Assembly: GCA_963700995.1 (NCBI GenBank)
Contig: CAVOZP010000004.1
Location: forward strand, 237,712-301,711
DNA length: 64,000 nucleotides
Reading direction: 5' to 3'
Source of the DNA: an uncultured Acidimicrobiales bacterium
Lineage (GTDB): Bacteria > Actinomycetota > Acidimicrobiia > Acidimicrobiales > JAHEJN01
Position 1 is the stretch's first letter; every line of letters begins with the position of its first letter. This document shows positions 20,887 through 30,802 of this stretch, piece by piece. The notes beneath the pieces were generated by a model that saw only the letters and a list, made by a program, of their open reading frames with translations, searched no databases and was not told where the DNA came from. Both the position numbers and the translations under genes were made by a program.

Positions 20887-21112
20887 AGAAGGTGACCGGA
20901 TTGGTCATCTGCCGTGGAACGATTCTTGCCCACCCCGGTCGGGTGCGCCATGAGGCAACCGGCTCATTTCGACGCCGTCTGTCGATGTTCCTGCGGTTTT
21001 CGCACCGACCTCCGGGACGCCTCATGGGCCACGACGACCTATCCACGCGGCCCCCTCACGCTTGGGCGGCGGTAGTGTTCGGCGCGGCAAGGACGACGAG
21101 GAGCGAGGCATC

Positions 21113-21751
21113 GTGACCAACAACATCCGGGTGATCTGCGTGGCGCTGGCGGTGCTCGCGGTGGCGTGTTCGGGGGGAACCCGGCCCGAGCTCGATGACA
21201 CCGTGACGGGCGCCGACACCGAGCCCACCGCCGTCGAAGACCCTACGGCGACGCCCGAGCCCGATGAGCCCGACAGCGACACGACCCCCGAGCCCGACGT
21301 GACTCCCGACGACGAGGCGTCCACCCCCGAGACCGAGGTGACCGAGGATCCGACGCCCACGAACGGCCCCGACGTTGCGCCGGCGGACCCGACGGAGTAC
21401 CCGCTGCAGGGCACCGTGACCGTGGCCTTGGCCGACGGCCGCTCCTACGACGCGCCGGTGGGATGCAACTACGCCACCGCCGGTGACGCGTGGGAGTTCC
21501 GCTTCGGCGGCGAATCGTCGGCCGGGGTGCAGATCGAGGGCGCCTACGACACGACCCAACCCGATTTCGTGATCCTCTTCGTGGCCGGTCCCGACTCGCT
21601 GAACGGCGACGACGTTCTGCTCTCGAACGTGAACGGTGGCGACGACCTGATCCAGACGAACAGCGGTGGCGACGAATGGCAGGCGAGCATCAAGCTGTGG
21701 AGCCCCGAGGGTCAGTCCGTCGATGCTCAACTGACCGCCAACTGCAGCTGA
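21113..21751 (+). CDS. lipoprotein with an acidic Thr/Pro/Asp/Glu-rich linker
   Basis: GTG at 21113 after GGAGCGAGG. Lipobox LAVAC. Confidence 0.6.
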   Translation: MTNNIRVICVALAVLAVACSGGTRPELDDTVTGADTEPTAVEDPTATPEPDEPDSDTTPEPDVTPDDEASTPETEVTEDPTPTNGPDVAPADPTEYPLQGTVTVALADGRSYDAPVGCNYATAGDAWEFRFGGESSAGVQIEGAYDTTQPDFVILFVAGPDSLNGDDVLLSNVNGGDDLIQTNSGGDEWQASIKLWSPEGQSVDAQLTANCS

Positions 21752-21754
21752 GGC

Positions 21755-23329
21755 TCAGAGAATGCGGCTCTCGTGGCCGGCCCAGTACTCGTCTTTGAGC
21801 AGGCGTTTGTAGAGCTTGCCGGTCAGGTGGCGCGGAAGTTCGGCCCGGAAGTCGACCGATCGAGGACACTTCACGTCGGCCAGGTGCACCCGGCACTCGG
21901 CGATGAGCTCACGTTCGAGGTGGCTCGCCGCGGCGGCATCGACGGGCATCGAGACGGGTTGGACAATGGCCTTGACCTCCTCGCCGAACTCCTCGTTCGG
22001 AATGCCGATCACGGCGACGTCGGCAACGGCTGGGTGCATGGTGAGGACGTTCTCGGCCTCCTGGGGGTACACGTTCACCCCACCGGTGATGATCATGTAG
22101 GCCTTGCGGTCGGTGAGGTAGAGAAACCCGTCTTCGTCGACGCGGCCGATGTCGCCGAGGGTCGACCAGCCATTGTCCAGGTACGACGCCGCGGTCTTCT
22201 CGGGGTCGTTGTGGTAGGCGAAGCTCGACGCACCACCGAAGTAGACCGTTCCCTCCTGGCCGGTGGGCACCTCGTTCCCCTCGGCGTCGACGATGTGCAG
22301 CTCACCCACGAGTGCCTTGCCGACAGTGCCCGGATGAGCGAGCCAGTCCTCGGAGTTGGTGTACACGAACCCGTTTCCCTCGGTTCCCGCGTAGTACTCG
22401 TGCAGCACCGGGCCCCACCAGTCGATCATCTGGGACTTGACCGGCACCGGACACGGTGCGGCGGCATGGATCGCGACGTCGAGACTCGACACGTCGTAGC
22501 TCTCGCGCACCTCGGGTGCGAGCTTGAGCATGCGCACGAACATGGTGGGCACCCACTGGCTGGTGGTGATGCGGTGGCGCTCGATGAGGCGCAGCGCCGC
22601 TTCGGGATCGAAGTGCTCCATCAGCACGACGGTGCCGCCGAGGCGTTGGGTGGCCATGGAGAACCGGAGCGGGGCGGCGTGGTACAGCGGCGCGGGGGAG
22701 AGGTACCGGGCCTCTGGCCCGCCACCGAAGAGGGCCCCGAACAACACGTTCACCATTGTGCCGGCGCCCAACGGGGCATCGGGTGGCGGCACCTTCACGC
22801 CCTTCGGGCGGCCGGTGGTTCCCGACGAGTACAGCATGTCCGATGCCTCCCTGCGGTCGGGCAAGGGCTCGGGCGAGGCGCCGGCCATGGCGTCTTCCAT
22901 CGAGAGGTACCCCGGTACGGGCCCACCCACCGACAGTCGCAGCGACACGTCGGGTATCTCGGCGTCGAACTCGGCGACGACCGGGGCCTCGCTCGGTGAG
23001 GTGAGGAACGCCTTCGCGTCGCAGTCGTTCACGATGTACGACAGCTCCTCGCTGGTGAGGCGGGAGCTGGCCGCGGTGTAGTACAACCCCGCGTAGTGGG
23101 CGGCCCATGCGACGGTCAGGAACTCGATGCGGTTCTCGAGACAGAACGCCATGTGATCGCCGGGCTCGAGCCCTGCGTCGCGAAAGACCTGTGACAGGCG
23201 GTTGGCCTGCTCGTCGAGCTCGGCGTAGGTGAGAATCTCGCCCGATCCGCCCATGATCACCGCCGGATGATCCGGTCTGGTGGCCGCGTGGTGGCCGGGA
23301 TAGAGGCTCGTGTCGGGGGTGTCGCTCAC
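21755..23329 (-). CDS. acyl-CoA synthetase (AMP-forming, FadD-like)
   Basis: 524 aa with the YSSGTTGRPKGV AMP-binding motif and GDIGRVDEDGFLYLTDRK. Confidence 0.9.
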   Translation of the reverse strand: MSDTPDTSLYPGHHAATRPDHPAVIMGGSGEILTYAELDEQANRLSQVFRDAGLEPGDHMAFCLENRIEFLTVAWAAHYAGLYYTAASSRLTSEELSYIVNDCDAKAFLTSPSEAPVVAEFDAEIPDVSLRLSVGGPVPGYLSMEDAMAGASPEPLPDRREASDMLYSSGTTGRPKGVKVPPPDAPLGAGTMVNVLFGALFGGGPEARYLSPAPLYHAAPLRFSMATQRLGGTVVLMEHFDPEAALRLIERHRITTSQWVPTMFVRMLKLAPEVRESYDVSSLDVAIHAAAPCPVPVKSQMIDWWGPVLHEYYAGTEGNGFVYTNSEDWLAHPGTVGKALVGELHIVDAEGNEVPTGQEGTVYFGGASSFAYHNDPEKTAASYLDNGWSTLGDIGRVDEDGFLYLTDRKAYMIITGGVNVYPQEAENVLTMHPAVADVAVIGIPNEEFGEEVKAIVQPVSMPVDAAAASHLERELIAECRVHLADVKCPRSVDFRAELPRHLTGKLYKRLLKDEYWAGHESRIL

Positions 23330-23339
23330 CGCCGGGATT

Positions 23340-24152
23340 CTAGGACCGGATGTCGGAGTGCGGAGCAGGGAGGGGCTCGACGGGCTGCTCGACGCCGGCC
23401 GAAGCCGTGTCGGTCACCTCGCACACTGCGGCGTCGCCGGTCGTGGCGAACTCGAAATCGCCGATCTGGGCCTCGACCTCGTTCTGGGCGAAGTCGGGGG
23501 TGCCGACGATCTGTACCCGCACGGAGGCGGGGTCGATGCCCCGCTCCGACGCCTGGGTCCGGTACGGCGTCGACCAGGACGTCCTGGGTGACGTCGAAGG
23601 CTTGGCTCATGCAGTCGCTGCCACCGACGACGGTCTGGGCGAACGAGTAGGCCGCGGGGGTGAGTCCACTGTTGTCGCTGACCCACGGGAAGGCATCGGT
23701 CAGCTTGCCGGCGAAGCCCTTGTCGAACGTCACGCTGTTCTGGGTGGACAAGGCGTCGACGCGGGGGCGGACGAACTCGATCTGGTCGGCGCGCACGGTC
23801 ACGTCGGTGAACCCGCCGTTGCTCTCGATGGTCACCGCGCCGGGTCGACACACGTATCGACGTCACCCACTGCCAGCATCGTCACGGTGTCGGTGCGGTA
23901 CGTGGCACCGAAGAGACGATGCTCTTCGCGGCCTTCGACGGGCACCTCGGCATGGATACGGGCTCGGCAGTCGAGAGCGATCGGCTCGATCTCGACGATA
24001 CGGGGCGGAGCGTCGTAGGTGATGGTGGTCTCGTTGGTGGCCACCTCGGGGAACCGTTCCCACGGCCAGTTGATGTCGAGCGCGCCCCAGGCGGCCAACA
24101 AGGCGATGACCAAGGCGAAGACTGCGAGAATTGTGGAGATGCGACTACTCAA
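23340..24152 (-). pseudogene. membrane-anchored hypothetical protein (possibly DUF4230-like); two compensating frameshifts as sequenced
   Basis: TTG at 24152 after GAAAGGA, then a TM helix. The coding signal runs frame 2 (24152 to ~23845), frame 0 (~23845 to ~23560), then frame 2 again to the stop. Confidence 0.5.
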
Positions 24153-24236
24153 CGGGGGATCCTTTCGACACCGGCATTCACGCACACCGGCACGAAAGAT
24201 GACGAAAAGTCCGGTCCGATCAGGCGCTTGGGTAGA

Positions 24237-25461
24237 TCAGCTCACGCGAACGTTGATCGAGTGGTGGCCGCTGGCGCCATCGGGCCGGGGTGAGGTGACG
24301 CTCGGTGGTCTGGGTCTCGCCGTTGCCGTCGGTGGCCCGCACGGTGATCTGGTGTTCGCCGGGCGTCGCGTCCCATTCGTAGAGCCACTGACGCCACGAG
24401 TCGCCCGACAGCTCGTGGCTCAGGCGGGCCTCGACCCAGCCGGTGCCGTCGATGTCGACCTCGACCCGATCGACCGATCGATTCGGCGCCCAGGCCACGC
24501 CGGCGACCGCAGTGGGGCCGGCCGGGATCTCGGCGTTGCGGCGGGGGACGTCGATCCGCGATTGGGTCTTGATGGGGCCTTCCTTGGCCCAACCGAGCGG
24601 CACCCAGAAGCCGTCGTAGTCCTCCCAGGTGGTGAGCTCGATGTTCGTGAGCCACTTCGTGGCCGACACGTACCCGTACAGGCCCGCGACGACGAGGCGT
24701 ACCGGAAAGCCGTGACTCACCGGGAGGGGCTCGCCGTTCATGGCAAAGGCGACCAACGCGGTGCGTCCGTCGAAGGCGAGCTCGGTCGGGAATCCGGCGG
24801 TCCAGCCGTCGGCGGAGCGGCCGACGACCTGCGTCGCAACCGCAGGGTCGACGCCGGCTCGATCGAGGATGTCGGCGAGGCGAACGCCGCGCCACACCGC
24901 ATTGCCGACGAGGCGTCCGCCGATCTCGTTCGAAACGCACGAGAGCGTGACCGGGGCCTCGACGACGTCCATGGCGAGTAGTTCGGAGAACGTGAGCGAG
25001 TAGGGCTCGTCGACCAGGCCGTCGATCTTCAGCGTCCAGCTGTCGATGTCGATGAGGGGCTTGGAGACGGCGGTGTCGATGAGGTAGAAGTCGTCGTTGG
25101 GGGTGACGAGCGGTGCGATGCCCTCGACTGCGTCGAAGGTGTCGCCGGCCACGACCGGTCGAGCCGATGCGCTCGAGTCGGCGAGCTCGGCCGCCACCTC
25201 GGCGCGTGATCCTTCGACGTTGCGACGATTCTGCAGCGACGAACCGATGCTGGCGGCGAACACGCTCGTGAACGCGAGACCACCGCTCGCCGTCACGAAA
25301 CGACGTCGCTCGACCAGGAAGTCGACGGCGCCGCCGACGCCGTCGTCGGGTACGTCGCCTCGATGGGCGGCGGCCCGCAGGAGGAAGGCGAGCGCCAGGG
25401 CGCCGGCGACGGCGGCCACGACAGCGGAGAACAGCGCCGCCGGTGGTATTGGCCAGCTCAT
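24237..25461 (-). pseudogene. sulfite-oxidase-like molybdopterin oxidoreductase (catalytic module); C-terminal frameshift near 24300 as sequenced
   Basis: RRRF Tat-like motif and LSCVSNEIGG Moco-Cys motif. The expected C-terminus PDGASGHHSINVRVS* is in another frame and ends at 24237. Confidence 0.8.
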
Positions 25462-25847
25462 CGGACTGCCGCGGCATAGATCCCCACCACCGCGAATGCG
25501 GTGAAGACCAACCAGCCGATCACCGGGCGGTGCCGGGCCAGAACACCGGTGACCGCGCCCACCAAGAGGCCGGTCGCCGGAATGCCGGTGAGCAGGGCGG
25601 TCTTCTGGGTCGAACCGAACGTGGATCGGCTGAATCGGTCGAGCGCCTCGAAGTTGTTGCGGATCACGAGGTCGGCAACCGCGTTGATCAGGCTGGGAAT
25701 GCTCGAAGAGAATCCGGCCAACAGCTCGGTGACGGCCAACGCGACACCAGCTGCGATGGCGCCACTGATGGCGGCCAGTCCCCAGGGCGCGGTGGATGTG
25801 GCCGTCTCCTCGAGGGCGTCGCTTGTGGGTGGTGATGGGGTCTGCAT
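25458..25847 (-). CDS. polytopic membrane protein coupled to the Mo-oxidoreductase
   Basis: Three to four TM helices. Its stop overlaps the downstream ATG (ATGA). The start could be 25847 or 25919. It may be the N-terminal membrane module of the enzyme. Confidence 0.55.
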   Translation of the reverse strand: MQTPSPPTSDALEETATSTAPWGLAAISGAIAAGVALAVTELLAGFSSSIPSLINAVADLVIRNNFEALDRFSRSTFGSTQKTALLTGIPATGLLVGAVTGVLARHRPVIGWLVFTAFAVVGIYAAAVR

Positions 25848-25906
25848 TGGGGTTCCTGGAGGTGTATCGGGCCCATCGGCGGCGCAGATGGGGCACCCTT
25901 GAGTCC

Positions 25907-26990
25907 GTGAGCGAGACAACGTCGTCGACCGCCGATGAGTTCCCGGAGCTGCTCGGCCGCTACGGCTGGACGCCCGAGCGCGCCCGGTGGTGGGCCTCGA
26001 ACGTGGCCGGCTTCGACCCGGGAACAGACCCTCGCCCCGGCCGAGTCAGTCGCGTCGATCGGGGGGAGTGCGACGTGATCACGGCCTCGGGTCCCCAGCG
26101 GGTCGTCTCGGACTCGCAACGGGCCCAGGGCGACGTCGCTCCGGCCACCGGCGACTGGGTGGCGGTGATCAACGATCCCGAGCTCGGTCCGTTCGTGGGC
26201 GCCGTGCTGCCCCGGACCACGGCCATCACTCGTCGTGACCCCGGCCCGGTGGTGGTCGAGCAGGTGCTGGTGGCCAATGTCGACGTGGTGGCAGTGGTGC
26301 ACGCGCTCGACCAGTCCTTCAGACGCGGCCCGGCTCGAACGGTTCCTGGTCTTGGCCCACGACAGCGGCGCCGAGCCGTTGGTGGTGCTCACCAAAGCCG
26401 ACCTCGTCGACGCGGTCTCGGCGGCGGAGACCGCACGCGAGCTCACCGATGCCACCGTCGTGGTGACCGCCGCCCCAACGGGTGAGGGGGTCGACGAAGT
26501 CCGCGGTTTCGTTGCCGGGCGCACGGTGGTGTTCATGGGGCTGTCGGGTTCGGGCAAGTCGACGCTGACCAACGCGCTCATGGGTGACGAGGTCCAGGTG
26601 ACCGCCGACGTCCGTGAAGGCGATGCCCGCGGCCGTCACACCACCACGAGCCGCGAGCTCTTCCTGCTGCCGGGGGGTGGCGTGCTGATCGACACACCCG
26701 GAGTGCGCGCCATCGGCGTCTGGGACGCCTGGCCCGCCGTGCATCGTGTCTATGCCGATGTCTCGGCTTACGCGTCGCAGTGTCGGTTCAGCGACTGCAC
26801 CCATGGCCAGGAGCCCGGCTGTGCCGTGACCGCCGCGGTGGCCGCCGGGACGCTCGACAGCGGCACGGTGGCGCGGTATCGCCAGCTCATGATCGAGCTC
26901 ACCGAGCTCGACGACCAGATCGACGAGAGCGCACGCCGTCAGAAGCGGGGTCGTCCCCCGAGTGGTCGTCGGCGGGGCCGCAGCGGATAG
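25907..26990 (+). pseudogene. rsgA: ribosome small-subunit-dependent GTPase RsgA; one frameshift near 26310-26330 as sequenced
   Basis: The OB-fold N-terminus is in frame 2. The LTKADL and GLSGSGKSTLTNAL G-motifs and the CRFSDCTHGQEPGCAV zinc knuckle are in frame 0. Confidence 0.9.
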
Positions 26991-26999
26991 GTTCGAGGA

Positions 27000-27746
27000 A
27001 TGTCCGGCGTCGACGAGAGCGAGCATCAGGAAGCGAAGCGAGAGCTGCGCACTCGCGAGCACCAGCACCGCAACGTGAGCGGCGGCGGGGCCCGCGCCGC
27101 CGTCTTCGGCGCCAGCGACGGTCTCGTGTCGACCGCCTCGTTGGTGCTGGGCGTGGCCGGGGCCGACTCCAGTCAGGGTTTCGTCCGACTCGCAGGCCTG
27201 GCCGGCCTCATCGCCGGGGCGGTGTCGATGGCAGCCGGCGAGTACGTCTCGATGGCGGCCCAGCGCGAGCTGTTCGAGCGCGAGCTCGCGCTCGAGCGCA
27301 GCGAGCACGAGCGCAATCCCAACGTCGAGATCGCCGAACTGGCCGAGCTCTACCAGTCACGGGGCATCGATCCGGGTACGGCCCTGCACATGGCCCGCGA
27401 GCTCATGGCCGATCCCGAGCAGGCGCTCGAGATCCATGCCAGGGAGGAGCTCGGTGTCGATCCCAACGATCTGGGCAACCCGGTCGAGGCGGCGGTGTCG
27501 TCGTTCGTTGCGTTCGGCCTCGGCGGGCTGTTGCCGTTGCTGCCGTGGTTCTTCGTCGGCGGAACCCCCGCGGTGATCGCCTCGATCGTGCTCGGTGTGG
27601 TCGGTGCGGTGATCGTGGGCGCTCTGCTCGCGCGTTTCACCGACCGGCCGTGGCCCCGGTCGGTGGCCCGTCAGGTGCTCATCGCCGCAGGGGCAGCGGC
27701 GATCACCTTCGGCATCGGGGCCGCAGTCGGCACCGGCGTCACCTAG
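27000..27746 (+). CDS. VIT1/CCC1-family iron/manganese transporter
   Basis: 248 aa with VFGASDGLVST and MAAGEYVSM motifs and C-terminal TM helices. Confidence 0.85.
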   Translation: MSGVDESEHQEAKRELRTREHQHRNVSGGGARAAVFGASDGLVSTASLVLGVAGADSSQGFVRLAGLAGLIAGAVSMAAGEYVSMAAQRELFERELALERSEHERNPNVEIAELAELYQSRGIDPGTALHMARELMADPEQALEIHAREELGVDPNDLGNPVEAAVSSFVAFGLGGLLPLLPWFFVGGTPAVIASIVLGVVGAVIVGALLARFTDRPWPRSVARQVLIAAGAAAITFGIGAAVGTGVT

Positions 27747-27767
27747 ACGGCGCGCTCGCGGCACGCC

Positions 27768-28343
27768 TCAGTTGCTGTCGAGGTCGTCGGGGTAGTTCGC
27801 GAACCAGGCGATGTCGCCGGGTTGGCGGCGAAGGACCCGCGGCCACAGCGCATCGTGATCGGTGCCGAACAGATCGTCGGGGAGCATCTCCACCACGAAC
27901 CACGCACCCACCGACACCTCACTGTCGAGTTGGCCCGGTCCCCATCCCGAGTATCCGGCGAAGAGTCGGCATCGTTTCACGCCCGCGAAGAGGTCGGACT
28001 CGTTGATCGGGTCGCCGTGCTCGTCGATCGACGACGGCAGGTCGAGGGTGCCAACGCCGTGGGCGACCTCGAGGAAGCCGTCGAGATCGATGTCGCACTC
28101 GGCCACGGCGATGGCCGCCTCGGGCGCCACCGGCCCTCCGACGTGTACGACATCGTCGTTGCCCACGATCGACGACAGCTGCGGCACCGCCAGACGGGTC
28201 GGTGTCTCCGACGGTCGGGTGAGAACCACGCCGAGCGCGCCGTCGGCATTGTGTTCGAGCATGGCCACCACGGTGCGGTCGAAGTTGGGGTCGTGGAGCA
28301 CAGGAGTGGCCACGAGCAACTGGCCGCGCGTCGAGTGGGTCAT
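27768..28343 (-). CDS. YqgE/AlgH-family protein (UPF0301)
   Basis: ATG at 28343 (MTHSTRGQLLVATP...DPNF.RTVV...GGPV...GYSGWGPGQLD). Confidence 0.85.
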   Translation of the reverse strand: MTHSTRGQLLVATPVLHDPNFDRTVVAMLEHNADGALGVVLTRPSETPTRLAVPQLSSIVGNDDVVHVGGPVAPEAAIAVAECDIDLDGFLEVAHGVGTLDLPSSIDEHGDPINESDLFAGVKRCRLFAGYSGWGPGQLDSEVSVGAWFVVEMLPDDLFGTDHDALWPRVLRRQPGDIAWFANYPDDLDSN

Positions 28344-28350
28344 GGGCTGG

Positions 28351-29496
28351 TCAGTCGCCGAGCCGCTCGACAACGTGCTCGATGCAGCGGGTGAGGGACG
28401 CGACGTCGGCGGGCTCGATGGCAGGGAACAGGCCCACCCGAAGCTGGTTGCGCCCGAGCTTGCGATAGGCCTCGGTGTCGATGATGCCGTTGGCGCGCAG
28501 GATCTTCGCCACGAGCGTGGCGTCGATGGACGGGTCGAGGTCGATGGCGGCCACCACCGGGCTCCGGAGTGCCGGATCGGAGACGAATGGCATGGTCCAG
28601 TCGGTGGCTTCGGCCCACGAGTACATGATGGTCGAGGACTCGGTGGTGCGGCCAGTCGCGAAGGGCATCCCGCCGTTGTCGAGGAGCCACTCGATCTGGT
28701 GTACGGCGAGGAACACCGTGGCCAACGCAGGTGTGTTGTAGGTCTGGTCCTTGCGTGAGTTGTCGAGGGCCACGCCGAGGTCGAGCGATGCGGGAATCCA
28801 GCGGTCGGACCGCGTGAGCGACTCGATCCGCTCGACGGCCGCCGGCGAGCAGGCCGCAATGAACATCCCGCCGTCGGAGGCCAGGCACTTCTGCGGCGCG
28901 AAGTAGTACACGTCGACATCGAGAGGGTCCCAGTCGATGCCGCCGGCCGCGGAGGTGGCATCGACGGCCACCAGACCGCCGGTGGCGTCTTCGGTGGGTC
29001 GCTGCACGGGAGGGGCCACGCCGGTCGAGGTCTCGTTGTGGGTGAGGGCATAGAGATCGACCTCGGGGTCGACCACCGGCTCGGGTGCCGAGCCGGGCGC
29101 GACCTCGAGCACCGACGGCGCCTCCAGATGCGGCGAACGTTCCACGGCAGTGGCGAACTTCGACGAGAACTCCCCGAACACCAGGTGCTGGCTGCGCGTC
29201 TCGATGAGGCCGAAGGTTGCCGCGTCCCAGAACACGGTGGACCCGCCGTTGCCCAGCACCACCTCCCAGCCGTGGGGGAGGGTGAACAGCGAGGCAACAC
29301 CTTCGCGGAGTCGCCCGATCATGTTGCGAACGGCCGGCTGACGGTGGCTGGTACCGAGGTAGTCGGCGCCCGTTGCGGCCAGCGCGGCCACCGCCTCGGG
29401 GCGAACCTTCGAGGGGCCACAGCCGAAGCGGCCGTCGCTGGGCTTCAGCTGCTCGGGGATGACGATGGGGGGAAGGACGTCGGTCACGAACCACAC
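28351..29496 (-). CDS. serC: phosphoserine aminotransferase (actinobacterial type)
   Basis: KPSDGRFGCGPSKVRPE...GTSHRQ...NETSTGV...YYFAPQK, collinear with mycobacterial SerC as I remember it. The start could be 29496 or 29487. Confidence 0.9.
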   Translation of the reverse strand: MWFVTDVLPPIVIPEQLKPSDGRFGCGPSKVRPEAVAALAATGADYLGTSHRQPAVRNMIGRLREGVASLFTLPHGWEVVLGNGGSTVFWDAATFGLIETRSQHLVFGEFSSKFATAVERSPHLEAPSVLEVAPGSAPEPVVDPEVDLYALTHNETSTGVAPPVQRPTEDATGGLVAVDATSAAGGIDWDPLDVDVYYFAPQKCLASDGGMFIAACSPAAVERIESLTRSDRWIPASLDLGVALDNSRKDQTYNTPALATVFLAVHQIEWLLDNGGMPFATGRTTESSTIMYSWAEATDWTMPFVSDPALRSPVVAAIDLDPSIDATLVAKILRANGIIDTEAYRKLGRNQLRVGLFPAIEPADVASLTRCIEHVVERLGD

Positions 29497-29600
29497 GCTA
29501 GAGCGCCCGACACGAGGATCGACCCGAAATCGCGGCTAGACCGGCGGTGTTCCTGTCAGAATCTCTCTTGACCCACCCCGGCGTGCCCCGGAGGCCCCCA

Positions 29601-30802
29601 GTGTCTGAACCCAGCCGTATCTCCCGTCGAATCCAGGCCATCGCCCCGTCGGCCACGCTGGCCGTCGATGCCAAGGCCAAGGCGCTCAAGGCCGCCGGTG
29701 AGCCCGTCATCGGCTTCGGTGCCGGCGAGCCTGATTTCCCCACGCCGGCTCACATCGTCGAGGCGGCGGTCGAGGCGTGCCGTGACCCCAGGAACCATCG
29801 CTACTCACCGGCCGCCGGCCTGCCCGAGCTGCGAGCGGCCGTGGCCGAAAAGACTGCCCGCGATTCGGGGTACGAGGTCGGCGCCGACCAGGTGGTGATC
29901 ACCAACGGCGGCAAGCACGCCGTCTACAACGCGTTCGGTGCCTGCTCGACCCGGGCGACGAGGTGCTCATTCCTGCCCCGTACTGGACCACCTACCCCGA
30001 GCCGGTGGGGCTCGCGGGCGCCACGTCCACGATCATCCCCACCGACGCCGGTTCGGGCTTTCGCATCACCATCGACCAGCTCGAGGCGGCCCGCACCGAT
30101 CGCACGAAGGCGCTGGTCTTCGTGTCGCCGTCGAACCCGACCGGAGCGGTGTATCCCCGCGACGAGATCGAGGCGATCGGCCGGTGGTGTGCCGACAACG
30201 ACGTGTGGGTCGTCGCCGACGAGATCTACGAACACCTGGTCTATGGCGACGCCGAACACCACTCCATCGCCACGCTCGTGCCCGAGCTGGCCGACCGCTG
30301 CATCGTGTTGAACGGTGTCGCCAAGACCTACGCCATGACCGGGTGGCGGGTGGGGTGGCTGATAGGCCCTCAGGACATCGCCAAGGCGGCGGCCAAGCTC
30401 CAGTCGCAGCAGACGTCGAACGTGGCCAACGTGTCACAGCGAGCGGCCTTGGCCGCGGTGAGCGGATCGCTCGACGCGGTGGTCGAGATGCGTTCGGCCT
30501 TCGATCGTCGTCGCAAGAACATCCACGCAATGCTCAACGCCATCGATGGCGTGCACTGTCTCGAACCCGAGGGTGCGTTCTATGCGTTCCCGTCGTTCGA
30601 GGGCGTGATCGGCCGCACCCTGGGTGGTGTGCCCATCGACTCCACCCTCACCCTGGCCGACGTCGTGCTCGACCAGGCCAAGGTGGCCTTCGTGCCCGGC
30701 GAGGCGTTCGGTGCGCCGGGATACGCCCGTTTCTCCTTCGCCCTCAGTGACGACGACCTCGGTGAGGGCGTCGCCCGTGTCGCCGACTTCTTGAGCCGAT
30801 GA
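29601..30802 (+). pseudogene. PLP-dependent aspartate aminotransferase; one frameshift near 29935-29950 as sequenced
   Basis: GTG at 29601 after GGAGG. The N-terminus is in frame 0 up to ...[10 protein letters not shown]. From [12 protein letters not shown] onward ([20 protein letters not shown]) it is in frame 2. Confidence 0.9.
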
